A DNA stretch of 32,000 nucleotides. Origin: Wolbachia endosymbiont strain TRS of Brugia malayi. GTDB lineage: Bacteria; Pseudomonadota; Alphaproteobacteria; Rickettsiales; Anaplasmataceae. A model generated the notes under the pieces. That model saw only the letters and a list, made by a program, of their open reading frames with translations, did not search any database and had not been told where the DNA came from. Within the stretch, counting starts at the first letter, position 1; each line of letters starts with the position of its first letter. The position numbers were made by a program, and so were the translations under genes. Location: assembly GCF_000008385.1 (NCBI RefSeq), contig NC_006833.1, positions 840,001 to 872,000 of the forward strand, read 5' to 3'. Below are positions 17,276 through 26,915 of this stretch, piece after piece.

Positions 17276-18184
17276 CTATTCTATAAACTTTTTTACCATA
17301 CTAAATTTTAAGCCACGAACGAAATCCTTAATATTGCAAGAATTCCTTCCCTCCATTTGCACAATTTTAGGAATTAAAGTGCCACTTTTCAAACTTATGT
17401 GCATATTATCATTAATAATTTTACCTTGTCCTGAAGTTAAAGAAGCATCTACTTCAAAGTCAGCATCGAGTATTCTTACACGCTTATGCTCTATCTTGAC
17501 AAATGCCTTAGGGTAAAACGCTTTAACTTTTCTATAAGCAACTTCACAAATGTCACTTGCATAAATTTTATAGTCTTCGATCTTATCAGCGTAGCACGCG
17601 CCATCATCACTTTGTTCTAGAGGAGGGTGTTTTTCAATTTCATCTATCACTTCCATCAGTAAGTTACTACCTAGCTTAGACAATTTGTCATGTAACGTTT
17701 TATAATTGTCATTTTTTTCAACTAGAAATTTTTTCTGTTTTAAAATGGGACCAGAATCCAGCCCCCCATCCAATTGCATAATACTAATTCCAGTTTTTCG
17801 GTCTCCCGCTAAAATCGTGTGCTGTATGGGAGCTGCTCCACGCCATCTAGGCAGCAGTGAAGGGTGAATATTAATACAACTATACTTTAGAATATTCAGA
17901 ATTTCTTTTGGAAGAATCAGTCCATAAGCAGCAACAACTGCAACATCTGGTTTAAATTTTTTAAATTTTTCTTGCTCTACCAAAGGTTTTAGAGAAGTAG
18001 GAGTGCATACCTCTATACCACTTTCTTCAGCAATGATATGCACTGGAGATTTTGTTAGCTTTTGTCCACGTCCTGAAGGCTTTGGAGCCTTGGTATATAC
18101 TGCTACTACCTCATTTTTTGACTTTAATAGTGAATTTAGCGCATTGATAGCAAATTCTGGCGATCCCATAAAAATGACTCTCAT
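17276..18184 (-). CDS. fmt: Methionyl-tRNA formyltransferase
   Basis: 302 aa ORF; [40 protein letters not shown]. Confidence 0.98.
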   Translation of the reverse strand: MRVIFMGSPEFAINALNSLLKSKNEVVAVYTKAPKPSGRGQKLTKSPVHIIAEESGIEVCTPTSLKPLVEQEKFKKFKPDVAVVAAYGLILPKEILNILKYSCINIHPSLLPRWRGAAPIQHTILAGDRKTGISIMQLDGGLDSGPILKQKKFLVEKNDNYKTLHDKLSKLGSNLLMEVIDEIEKHPPLEQSDDGACYADKIEDYKIYASDICEVAYRKVKAFYPKAFVKIEHKRVRILDADFEVDASLTSGQGKIINDNMHISLKSGTLIPKIVQMEGRNSCNIKDFVRGLKFSMVKKFIE

Positions 18185-18211
18185 GCTGCTAAATACTTTT
18201 ACTTAAGGAAA

Positions 18212-18577
18212 TCAAGAATTCTCTGCTAGTTTACTACTTACAGTTTCTGCTAATTTTGTGAAATCATCTTTATAGTTAACGGCCATTTCAGCAAGAATCT
18301 TTCTATTCAAATCAACTCCAGCAAGTGCAAGACCGTGCATAAATCTACCATAAGTAAGCCCGTGTTCCCTCGCTGCTGCATTAATACGTATTATCCATAA
18401 ACTGCGAAAATCGCGCTTGCGATTTCTTCTGTCCCTATAAGCATATTGCAATGCTTTTTCAACCCTTTGTAATGCAATTCTATAGCAACTCTTTGCACGC
18501 CCTCTATAACCCTTTGCTAAATTCAATATTTTTTTATGACGAGCGTGAGTAGTAACCCCACGTTTTACCCGAGCCAT
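18212..18577 (-). CDS. rplT: 50S ribosomal protein L20
   Basis: 121 aa ORF; [27 protein letters not shown]...[20 protein letters not shown]. Confidence 0.98.
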   Translation of the reverse strand: MARVKRGVTTHARHKKILNLAKGYRGRAKSCYRIALQRVEKALQYAYRDRRNRKRDFRSLWIIRINAAAREHGLTYGRFMHGLALAGVDLNRKILAEMAVNYKDDFTKLAETVSSKLAENS

Positions 18578-18597
18578 TTTATCTTACCTCCATTTTG

Positions 18598-18804
18598 TTA
18601 AATACCATAAGGTATATAAAGCTTAACTATGCGCGAGTCAGATTTACCAAGAACCGTAGTACCACGCTGATTACGAATATTAGATTTGCTCCTCTTTACC
18701 ATACCATGCCTTTTACCCGATTGAGCAGAAATAACTTTACCTTTAGCTGTAAGATTAAAACGTTTTTTAACAGAGGATTTGGTTTTCAATTTCATTTTCT
18801 TCAT
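18598..18804 (-). CDS. rpmI: 50S ribosomal protein L35
   Basis: 68 aa ORF; [21 protein letters not shown]..., directly upstream of rplT. Confidence 0.95.
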   Translation of the reverse strand: MKKMKLKTKSSVKKRFNLTAKGKVISAQSGKRHGMVKRSKSNIRNQRGTTVLGKSDSRIVKLYIPYGI

Positions 18805-18917
18805 ATCTCAAATAAGTTTACAAACATTACCGTCAAATTCTTTAGCAGAATAAATAATTATATCAAAGAATCAAATAGCACGCAACTTAAAGTTGTAATA
18901 CAACCACAACCTGTATA

Positions 18918-19373
18918 TTAAAGGAGCTTAAATGTAATTACACCCAATATATGGGTTATACTTTCTTCATTTCCAAGTGGCAACAATACTTGCCTTATTT
19001 TAACACTTTCACTTTCTTCCTCTTCATTGATTAGGCACTTACTATCTACTATAGTATCAAATTTATCAATAACTGCATCTATTTTATATAATCGCAAAAA
19101 CGGTGCATCAATTACATATTTGCTATCAATGCATATGTTTTTCTCAAAACCATAGAACTCAACAGCCTTTTCTCCTGCATTCTCACAGATATAACCTTGA
19201 TCATTAACCTCAATAATATAACAATATTGCCATGAATCCATTATTTCAGTAGTATCTATCTCATGTCTTTCTGGCCAGTCTCTATCTGGTCCTTTTATCT
19301 CACTCCAGTACTGAGTCACTATATTTGCTATTCTTCTTTCTCTACCTGCATAAATTCTCATTCCAATATTCAC
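18918..19373 (-). CDS. PAS-domain-like protein (alphaproteobacterial PAS_5/DUF1457-like)
   Basis: 151 aa ORF; YWSEIKGPDRDWPERHEIDTTEIMDSWQYCYIIEVNDQGYICENAGEKAVEFYG resembles that family. Assigned from memory of the motif pattern. Confidence 0.55.
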   Translation of the reverse strand: MNIGMRIYAGRERRIANIVTQYWSEIKGPDRDWPERHEIDTTEIMDSWQYCYIIEVNDQGYICENAGEKAVEFYGFEKNICIDSKYVIDAPFLRLYKIDAVIDKFDTIVDSKCLINEEEESESVKIRQVLLPLGNEESITHILGVITFKLL

Positions 19374-19568
19374 ATATAAAACACAGATATAAGCTTAATC
19401 TACTGTGAATATATTGATTTTTTCTTAACCGCAAGGGTATGTATTACTTAAATTTCCATACTACCTATGTAACTGATACGGGTACTCTTTTTAACCATTC
19501 TTTAACGTGAGCCCACACTTTTTTAGTTAACTTTTTAGCTACATATGTTAAATATATTTATGTCATAC

Positions 19569-19904
19569 TTATAATTGTTCATTACTTTTCTCACTATTTA
19601 TTTTGTTGATTAGATAATCTCTTAAGTCGATAAGTTGTGGTAATAGATTACCAAAATTACAACTGCTTTTTATATTATTATCAAATTCTTTTTGCACTCC
19701 TTTTATTGTATATCCTTTATCATATAGCATGTATTTTATCTTCTTTATGACTTCTATACACTTATGATCATATAGCCTTCTTCCCTTACGTTTTATGGGT
19801 TTAATTTGACGAAATTGACTCTCCCAGAATCTCAAAACGTGCTGCTCTAAATGCAGCTCTTCAGCTACTTCCCCAATTGTATAAAATAATTTCTCCTTGT
19901 TCAT
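19569..19904 (-). CDS. MerR family transcriptional regulator
   Basis: 111 aa ORF; YTIGEVAEELHLEQHVLRFWESQFRQIKPIKRKGRRLYDHKCIEVIKKIKYMLYDKGYTIKGVQ is a MerR winged helix. Confidence 0.9.
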   Translation of the reverse strand: MNKEKLFYTIGEVAEELHLEQHVLRFWESQFRQIKPIKRKGRRLYDHKCIEVIKKIKYMLYDKGYTIKGVQKEFDNNIKSSCNFGNLLPQLIDLRDYLINKINSEKSNEQL

Positions 19905-20209
19905 TGGTTGTTTATTAACTTTTTTATCACTTTTGAAGGTCTAAAAGAGACTGAATTTCTTGCCTGAATTACTACTTTTTTTGATGTATTTGGTACGTTT
20001 CCTGGCCTTTCTTTCTTTTTTTTAATCAAGAATGTTCCAAATGACGATATTTTTACTATGCCATCCTTTACCAAGCTTGCTTTTATCTCATCCAATATAT
20101 CGTCTATTATTGCAGCAGAGTCTTCTTTTGATAACCCAATTTCTTGGTTTATATCTTCAGCTATTGTTGCCTTAGTTACTGTTATATCCTTTGTTGTAAC
20201 GTAATCCAT
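19901..20209 (-). CDS. IHF/HU family DNA-binding protein (IHF alpha-like)
   Basis: 102 aa ORF; VTKATIAEDINQEIGLSKEDSAAIIDDILDEIKASLVKDGIVKISSFGTFLIKKKKERPGNVPNT...RNSVSFRPSKVIKKLIN. Overlaps the MerR ORF by 4 nt. Confidence 0.9.
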   Translation of the reverse strand: MDYVTTKDITVTKATIAEDINQEIGLSKEDSAAIIDDILDEIKASLVKDGIVKISSFGTFLIKKKKERPGNVPNTSKKVVIQARNSVSFRPSKVIKKLINNQ

Positions 20210-20270
20210 AATTTAGTAAGTATTACAGTATGTGAATATAATATAACAATCGACTCAAGATTCAGCTATC

Positions 20271-20522
20271 TTATTTTTTAGAATACATTTCTTCTATAAT
20301 ACAATTTAAAACGCTAACGGCCGCTAACATTGCAAATACTGCGAAAAGTGCCATTTTATGATCTGTAAAAAGTACTAACGTTGATGCTATAATTCCGCTC
20401 ACGATAAAACATAAATCCATTAATAATGGATGATGATGCACTGATGTATTTTCGTTTCACAATTTCACTACCAACAGTAAAATTAAGCATATGTCCTCCT
20501 CAGCTAAATCGAATATTAACAT
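20271..20522 (-). pseudogene. Small hydrophobic protein with an internal TGA
   Basis: Reverse reading from ATG at 20522: MLIFDLAEEDICLILLLVVKL*NENTSVHHHPLLMDLCFIVSGIIASTLVLFTDHKMALFAVFAMLAAVSVLNCIIEEMYSKK*. One in-frame stop in an otherwise coherent membrane protein frame. Confidence 0.5.
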
Positions 20523-20604
20523 GCAAAAGTATACAACATGAACAGTTAAGTAGCTGCATAGTAGACAACTGAAGCGTCTTGCAAAAGAGCAAAAGTAGAG
20601 ATTA

Positions 20605-21016
20605 CATGCTTCCTGTTTTTGAGTAGATTTGAGATTTTATCTGCAATTGGAGTACCAACTGCAAGACCAAGCTATATATTGCAGTAGCTGCACCTGATTA
20701 CGTTGCACCAAGCTCTAAGTTGCTAAGTAGCTTTAGAGCCCACAAGGTATTAAGTGCTAAAAATATTCCAAAAAATAGCACCCACTATTGAGATTATCCA
20801 GGTATCTCTTGATCTTAGCACTGTTAATGCAGAACATATTACTGTCTTTATAGAACTTTTTATTATGTGTTTTTTTGAACTACTTTCCAAAAACGTGTCT
20901 GGATGAAAAAACACAAGTGCAAATATTAACACACTAAATAGTACTATACTTACAATCATGTTCTTCCAATATGCACCTTCGGCAGGCGGGCTAGAGGACA
21001 CCACTTGAATTACCAA
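20605..21016 (-). pseudogene. Major facilitator superfamily transporter, central fragment
   Basis: ORF 20750-21016 ends in ...SALTVLRSRDTWIISIVGAIFWNIFST. Shifted frames continue with ALNTLWALKLLSNLELGAT*SGAATAIY and then LGLAVGTPIADKISNLLKNRKHVIS, an MFS-like TM7/TM8 and loop pattern. Confidence 0.6.
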
Positions 21017-21559
21017 ATGCAGAAAGGCTCGAAATTGTTTGCACTAATGAGAACATCAGTCAAAACTGGACAATGGGAAAATATATGCTACTTATGTGAA
21101 CAGCCCAACAAAACTAAACGAAGCTTCGATTGCAATCAACACTTAAGGTAGAATTAAATGGGCAAGATCGTTACTATTAACAAGAATAAAAAAACCCAAG
21201 GAACATGATTAATAATCAAAGAAAGAATAAACTTTTTCACTGGAAAAAACATCAAACATTGCCCCTCTAAAAGATTGTAAGATAGCAAAAGTCCAATTAC
21301 ATGCTGAGTTAACTAATGCAACTTATATAATTGTAAGTTCAAGTTCTTTTTCAAGATCTACGCTTATAAAGGCGTAGATTACCTGCATATTGCTAAATAT
21401 AACAACCAAGTTACTGATCAGCCAAATGACCAAACTTTAGCTCTGCTTTCCATAAGATTTATTTTTATAAGTAATTTATTAATAATTTTATACTAAGTCT
21501 TCTTTGAAGCTATTGTTTCATGAGTAAGCATTATAGGCACAACCCCTGATTCTGAAGGT

Positions 21560-22870
21560 ATTGGTGTTAGTTTTTCTTATTCACTGTGCAGGTATTGTAT
21601 GGTGCTGTCCACTTGGTCATCATGACGGATTCCTGGAAACATTAAAATCTCATACTCAAAATCTTCTAGCCATACTGCTTGATGCAGTAGAAAAACCTTG
21701 CCAGACTCTATAGTAGGAACTAATTTAATGAAATCAAGTGAGCTTATCATTATGTGGCATTATTTCGACAATGGCTAAATCACTGCTTACCTTCAGATCT
21801 TGTACTAATTGTTGACCACTTGTTTCTGCTTCAATCAAAATTGCATGTGGCATCCATCTTTCTGCTAAGGACAAAACTAAGTTTTGGATATTCAAATTTT
21901 GCACGTTATACATCAAGTAAATAGAATTTTTTACCTACTTTTGCCCAGGTAGTGCGGACGCTAAAGTTGCTAGCGTCGCCTATTAAAACTGCAGTATTCT
22001 AGCTTTAAGCTATAGGCAAAGAGATCATCAAGAAAACTTCTATAGCGCTTCCAGCCCACTCTTGTTTAATTATATCACTTAAAAGCGACAGAGGGTTTTT
22101 GTTGATATTGTACAGCAAAAGCGTAATTCCCAAGTCAATTTTTATCGTTTCAATCTCTTCTTTTCCTCCATCTAGAAGATATAGCAACTGACCTTCTTCC
22201 CTCGAGGGTAATATTACGATGGCGTTATTTTAGCACTTGATGCTGTAATTCAGCTCTTGTAATTATTTGTAGTTACTCTGATTACAGGAATAAGAGAAGG
22301 AGACATTGGCTTTTCAATTGAATAGATAGACTCCTTATTTTTAGCTATTGTTGGCAAACAAATTTAATGCAACATATTTTTCGGTTTGGAGAGAAGGTGT
22401 CAGGCTAAATCTTCCTGATGTAGCCTATGCATCACAAGCACAATTATTCCTTTTTTCTATTGTTGAGCCTAGTTACTAAAGTCTGATCAAACCAGCTTGT
22501 GGCACGCTTTCTAAGCGTTTCGCTTAAAGCTTGAGCGGAACTCAGTTGGTCGTTGACAATAATAAAATCACCTTCTTTGCTGGTTAATGTTCCCCCAACA
22601 GACGTTGCAATTTTGTATTCTCTCCGCACTGTTTGAAATTTATACTTAGTATTTTGTTCTATGGATAGTTCTACTTCTAGAAATAGCTTTTTATACCAAT
22701 CAGACTACATTACGCACCTAGTATCGAGCGAGTGCTTTTCGCTGGGAATAGCTCACAATTATTACTCTTACGCATATGGGCTTCTTCGAGCGTGAAGGCA
22801 TACTAAATATTATTCGTCTCACTGCACCAGTGCCTGCCGCTTCAAGTCTGTTCGCTATGACTTTTATATA
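21560..22870 (-). pseudogene. Phage terminase large subunit (TerL), WO prophage type, degraded by frameshifts, stops and deletions
   Basis: Collinear fragments on the reverse strand: SDWYKKLF...LSIEQNTKYKFQTVRREYKIATSVGGTLTSKEGDFIIVNDQLSSAQALSETLRKRATSWFDQTLVTRLNN; KKGIIVLVMHRLHQEDLA*HLL; NTAVLIGDASNFSV..TTW..V..KFYLLDV*RAKFEYP; ERWMPHAILIEAETSGQQLVQDLK; FIKLVPTIESGKVFLLHQAVWLEDFEYEILMFPGIRHDDQVDSTIQYL. Confidence 0.82.
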
Positions 22871-22995
22871 TTAGTAATCATTATATTCACATCCCGTACT
22901 ACCGTTTTGAAAGCATAACTCAATGAGTTTGAGAAAGTTTATATTTTCTATGTTAGTGAGCGTTCTTGCTGTTTATTCCACTCCCCTCTTTTTGT

Positions 22996-23036
22996 CATTC
23001 CAGTGCTCCGACATTGGGATTCAACACACTGGAATG
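22996..23036. repeat. Short inverted repeat CATTCCAGTG...CACTGGAATG
   Basis: Perfect 10 bp arms at 22996-23005 and 23027-23036 with a 21 bp loop. Confidence 0.7.
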
Positions 23037-23084
23037 GCAATTCCTCATCATACTCCACAGTATCTTTAGATCTCGCTAAGGAAC

Positions 23085-23150
23085 GACGGTAGTTACAAAT
23101 ATTTAAGAAATTTTTTAAATAGAAAAAAAGGCAAAAAAACCCTACAGTAA
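23085..23150 (-). repeat. Dispersed intergenic repeat, copy A
   Basis: Reverse strand GTAGGGTTTTTTTGCCTTTTTTTCTATTTAAAAAATTTCTTAAATATTTGTAACTACCG aligns with copy B at 26690-26762. Confidence 0.55.
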
Positions 23151-23465
23151 CTAGTTACTAACTCCTTATTTCAAATTTGATGTTGGGTGATGTCTTAAAC
23201 GCTTCATAAGCGTGCTTCAGCTTATATAGGTAAGAATTTAGAAATTTTGTAAAGACATACGGTGTATATAGTGCGAAAAATTAAATAATAATACGCCAAA
23301 TACAAGATCTTCTTATCATTTTAATCTGCACAAATTGGGAAGTTATATAAAATAACCCCACTGCTAGGATAAGGCTGGTAAAGCTTGTCAAGTAGCTTTT
23401 TGTATTTCTGTGAGCTACTTGGATGACACATTATACTGCTTAATAGTGGTAGCTATTTCTTATTG

Positions 23466-23660
23466 TTAAGACCTTTCCTCAATCCAAGCTGCTTGAATGG
23501 CTTCGAGTATTTTTTCATTACAACGCTTTTCATCATCACTAAACCCCTCTAAATTTAAGACCTTTTCCTTAAGTTTGGTAAATCTAATGTTAACTATATC
23601 CTCACCTGGAAATTTTTCTTCCAAAGCTTCTGCGATGTTCTCTATATCAAGCCATTTCAT
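23466..23660 (-). CDS. iscX: IscX-like Fe-S cluster assembly protein
   Basis: 64 aa ORF; MKWLDIENIAEALEEKFPGEDIVNIRFTKLKEKVLNLEGFSDDEKRCNEKILEAIQAAWIEE has the IscX pattern (KW.D...IAEAL...P..DP..VRFT.L...V..L..F.DDP..SNEKILEAI...W..E). Confidence 0.85.
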   Translation of the reverse strand: MKWLDIENIAEALEEKFPGEDIVNIRFTKLKEKVLNLEGFSDDEKRCNEKILEAIQAAWIEERS

Positions 23661-23690
23661 ATTTTTTGTGTCTTCCGATAATTAAATTGG

Positions 23691-23775
23691 TGCCCATGGG
23701 GAGACTTGAACTCCCAAGGTCGCAAGACCCACGGATTTTAAGTCCGCTGCGTCTACCGATTCCGCCACACGGGCT
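23691..23775 (-). tRNA. tRNA-Leu (anticodon TAA); CCA encoded at 23688-23690
   Basis: Reverse complement GCCCGTGTGGCGGAATCGGTAGACGCAGCGGACTTAAAATCCGTGGGTCTTGCGACCTTGGGAGTTCAAGTCTCCCCATGGGCACCA; loop CTTAAAA with long variable arm. Confidence 0.97.
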
Positions 23776-23783
23776 CTTTTTAT

Positions 23784-24398
23784 TCATCTAGAGTAGAACT
23801 CTACTACTAAATTAACTTCCATGTCTGCTGAGTAAGGAACCTCGGAATATTGAGGTATTCTTAAATACTTTACTGAATACTCTTTACTGTCTGCTTCTAA
23901 GTAATCCGGAGCCTTGCGCTCTTGTTTTTGTACAGCTTCTACTATTACAGGGATTTTTGCTGCCCTTTCTCTTATTTTTACTATATCACCTGGTTTTACT
24001 CGATAACTTGGTATATTAACAATCTTATCATTAACTGTAACATGTTTATGAGATATGAGCTGTTTTGCTGAATAAATTGTTGGCACGAGGCCAGAGTGGT
24101 ATAAAACAGAACTTAACCTTGATTCTAAGATGCCAATAAAATTATCAGCTGTATAACCTTTCCTGTTATAAGCATCTAAAAATATACGCCTAAGCTGCTT
24201 ACTTGAAATTGCATAGTAAAACTTAAACTTCTTATGTGCAGCAAACTGCTTACCAAAATCAGATAACCTTTTAAATCCAAGAATACCACGCTGGCCTGGA
24301 GGATATTTCCTTCTGTTTACCGGATCTTTTGCTCTACCCCATAAATTTATACCAAGCCTACGGCTGATTCTATACTTTCTATTGATAACAGTTGTCAT
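23784..24398 (-). CDS. rpsD: 30S ribosomal protein S4
   Basis: [35 protein letters not shown]...[45 protein letters not shown]. The ORF extends to 24455 but the likely start is the internal Met at 24398. Confidence 0.95.
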   Translation of the reverse strand: MTTVINRKYRISRRLGINLWGRAKDPVNRRKYPPGQRGILGFKRLSDFGKQFAAHKKFKFYYAISSKQLRRIFLDAYNRKGYTADNFIGILESRLSSVLYHSGLVPTIYSAKQLISHKHVTVNDKIVNIPSYRVKPGDIVKIRERAAKIPVIVEAVQKQERKAPDYLEADSKEYSVKYLRIPQYSEVPYSADMEVNLVVEFYSR

Positions 24399-24511
24399 AT
24401 AAAAACTCTCACAATCTAACTCTAGATTATTAAGGATTTTATCATTGGGTGTCAACTTGTTTTTACCAGTATAATTTCTTATACTTCACTTTTAAGTTTT
24501 CCTATTAACGT

Positions 24512-26500
24512 ATGAATTATTTACCTTTAGAATCCATGGCAAGTGCCATCCGTTTTTTATCAATCGATGCAGTACAAAAAGCGAGCTCTGGGCACCCAGG
24601 CATGCCACTTGGAATGGCAGATGTTGCAACTGTACTATTTGCTCAGTACCTAAATCATAACCCTGATGATCCTAAATGGGTTAATAGAGACCGTTTCGTT
24701 CTATCAAACGGCCATGGTTCAATGTTGTTATACTCCATATTATATTTGACAGGTTATATTAGTATAGATGAGCTGAAAAACTTCAGGCAACTCACATCTA
24801 AAACTCCAGGTCATCCAGAATTTGGCTTGACTCCTGGGGTAGAAGCAACAACAGGTCCATTAGGGCAGGGGTTTGCTGTCGCTGTTGGCATGGCACTTGC
24901 TGAATCGATACTTAAAAATCAGTTTGGAATTAATCACTACACTTATGTAATGCTAGGAGATGGTTGTCTCATGGAAGGAATAAGCCATGAAGCAGCATCA
25001 CTTGCTGGGCATCTAAAATTGAATAAGTTGATAGCCCTTTTTGACGATAATGACATCTCTATAGATGGTGCTACTCACCTCTCTTGCTCTGATGATGCAG
25101 AAAAGCGTTTTTCAGCGTATGGGTGGAATGTTAACAAAATTGATGGCCATGATTTTAATTCTATATCCCTTGCAATAGAACAAGCGCGAAAGTCTGACAA
25201 ACCTACATTGATTTGCTGCAAGACCATCATTGGAAAGTTCTCAAACCGTGCTGGCGCTTCCTCAGCCCATAGCGGTGCTTTTACGGAGGAAGATGTAAAA
25301 CAGATGAGGGAGAAATTAAACTGGAATTATGTGCCATTCCATGTGCCAAAAGATGTGAAAAATGCTTGGATGGAAACAGTTGAGAGAGCAAAACAAAATT
25401 ACAATTCAGTGTCATTCCAGCGCCAAGCACTGGAACCCAGTGAAAATAAAGAACTTCAAAGACGGCTAGATAAACGCTTACCAGATAATATTGATGATGA
25501 TTTAGCTAACTTAAAGAAACAAATACATGAAACAATGCCAAATGAAGCTACACGGTCTTCTTTTGGCAAGGTAATGGAACTTTTGACTGAGTCTATGCCG
25601 GAATTAATTGGCGGATCTGCTGATCTTACTGGATCAAATTGTACTAAATATAAGCATATGAAAGTAATAGATAATAATAACTATAGTGGTTCTTACGTCC
25701 ATTATGGAGTGAGAGAGCACGCTATGGCAGCTTGTATGAATGGAATGGCTCTTCATGGTGGAATTCTTCCTTATGGTGGCACTTTTTTGGTATTTTCTGA
25801 CTATTGTCGCCCTGCTATACGTCTTTCAGCTTTAATGAAACAGCAGGTTATATATGTAATGACTCATGATTCAATTGGAGTAGGAGAAGACGGCCCAACT
25901 CACCAGCCGATAGAGCATTTAGCTTCTTTACGCACTGTACCAAACTTATATGTCTTTAGGCCAACTGATGCAATTGAAACTCTGGAGTGTATTAGCATTG
26001 CATTGAAAAAAAAAGAGTCACCTGCACTGTTTGCGCTTTCAAGGCAAAACTTGGGCTACATGCGCAAATTCCACTTTAATGTTGATCAATCTACCAACCT
26101 ATCAAAGTCTGGTGCATATGTTGTGTGTGAATACTCAGAGAAGCTAGAAGTGACAATATTTGCAACCGGATCTGAAGTTGAGATTGCAATTGAGACAAGA
26201 AAGAAATTGCAGGAAAAAGGTATAGGTACAAGGGTTGTTTCTATGCCATGCTGGAGACTTTTTGATGAGCAAAGCGATGAATACAAAGATGCAATATTAA
26301 ATAATGACAGCATTAAAGTTGCAATTGAAGCTGGAAGTGAAATAGGTTGGCATAAATACATAGGTTCAAACGGTATATTTATCGGTATGAAAAGCTTTGG
26401 AGAATCAGCACCTTATAAAACGCTTTATGAGCATTTTAATATCAATACCGATTATGTAGTAAAATGCGTGTGTGAGAAGCTGTTTATATCTAAACCATGA
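24512..26500 (+). CDS. tkt: Transketolase
   Basis: 662 aa ORF; AIRFLSIDAVQKASSGHPGMPLGMAD, DGCLMEGISHEAASLAGHLKL, DSIGVGEDGPTHQPIEHLASLR. Confidence 0.98.
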   Translation: MNYLPLESMASAIRFLSIDAVQKASSGHPGMPLGMADVATVLFAQYLNHNPDDPKWVNRDRFVLSNGHGSMLLYSILYLTGYISIDELKNFRQLTSKTPGHPEFGLTPGVEATTGPLGQGFAVAVGMALAESILKNQFGINHYTYVMLGDGCLMEGISHEAASLAGHLKLNKLIALFDDNDISIDGATHLSCSDDAEKRFSAYGWNVNKIDGHDFNSISLAIEQARKSDKPTLICCKTIIGKFSNRAGASSAHSGAFTEEDVKQMREKLNWNYVPFHVPKDVKNAWMETVERAKQNYNSVSFQRQALEPSENKELQRRLDKRLPDNIDDDLANLKKQIHETMPNEATRSSFGKVMELLTESMPELIGGSADLTGSNCTKYKHMKVIDNNNYSGSYVHYGVREHAMAACMNGMALHGGILPYGGTFLVFSDYCRPAIRLSALMKQQVIYVMTHDSIGVGEDGPTHQPIEHLASLRTVPNLYVFRPTDAIETLECISIALKKKESPALFALSRQNLGYMRKFHFNVDQSTNLSKSGAYVVCEYSEKLEVTIFATGSEVEIAIETRKKLQEKGIGTRVVSMPCWRLFDEQSDEYKDAILNNDSIKVAIEAGSEIGWHKYIGSNGIFIGMKSFGESAPYKTLYEHFNINTDYVVKCVCEKLFISKP

Positions 26501-26689
26501 GGGCTACAAAAAACTACTTGACAAACTTCGCCAGCCTTCTTATTATAGTACTTGAGTTAATTATTTATCTTCTCTGTACAGATTAAATGACAAAAAAACT
26601 TAATGTATCTTGCACCTTATGTTTTTTACATTGTTGTCTACATTACCAAAAAAACGCCAACTGATAAAATGTATAGTGAATAAATAGCT

Positions 26690-26762
26690 GCCGCAGGATT
26701 TCTTTTGTCTTTTTTCTTGTTTGGTAAATTTCTTAAATATTTGCAGCTAAACAACAACCGTC
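26690..26762 (+). repeat. Dispersed intergenic repeat, copy B
   Basis: GCCGCAGGATTTCTTTTGTCTTTTTTCTTGTTTGGTAAATTTCTTAAATATTTGCAGCTAAACAACAACCG, a diverged inverted copy of 23085-23150. Confidence 0.55.
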
Positions 26763-26915
26763 ATTCTGCTACTTATTAGCGGGATATCTACTGGGATGAT
26801 AGGGAATACAAGAAAGTATTTATGATTAATTTTTAGATGAAATATAGAACTTCGATAAATTTAACCTTTCTATGAAACTATACAACAATGATAAGTAAAC
26901 TGAGAGGGAAGGGTT

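Noticed and set aside
26086-26361. 91 aa minus-strand ORF within tkt
   Set aside because: Antisense to conserved transketolase sequence; chance frame.
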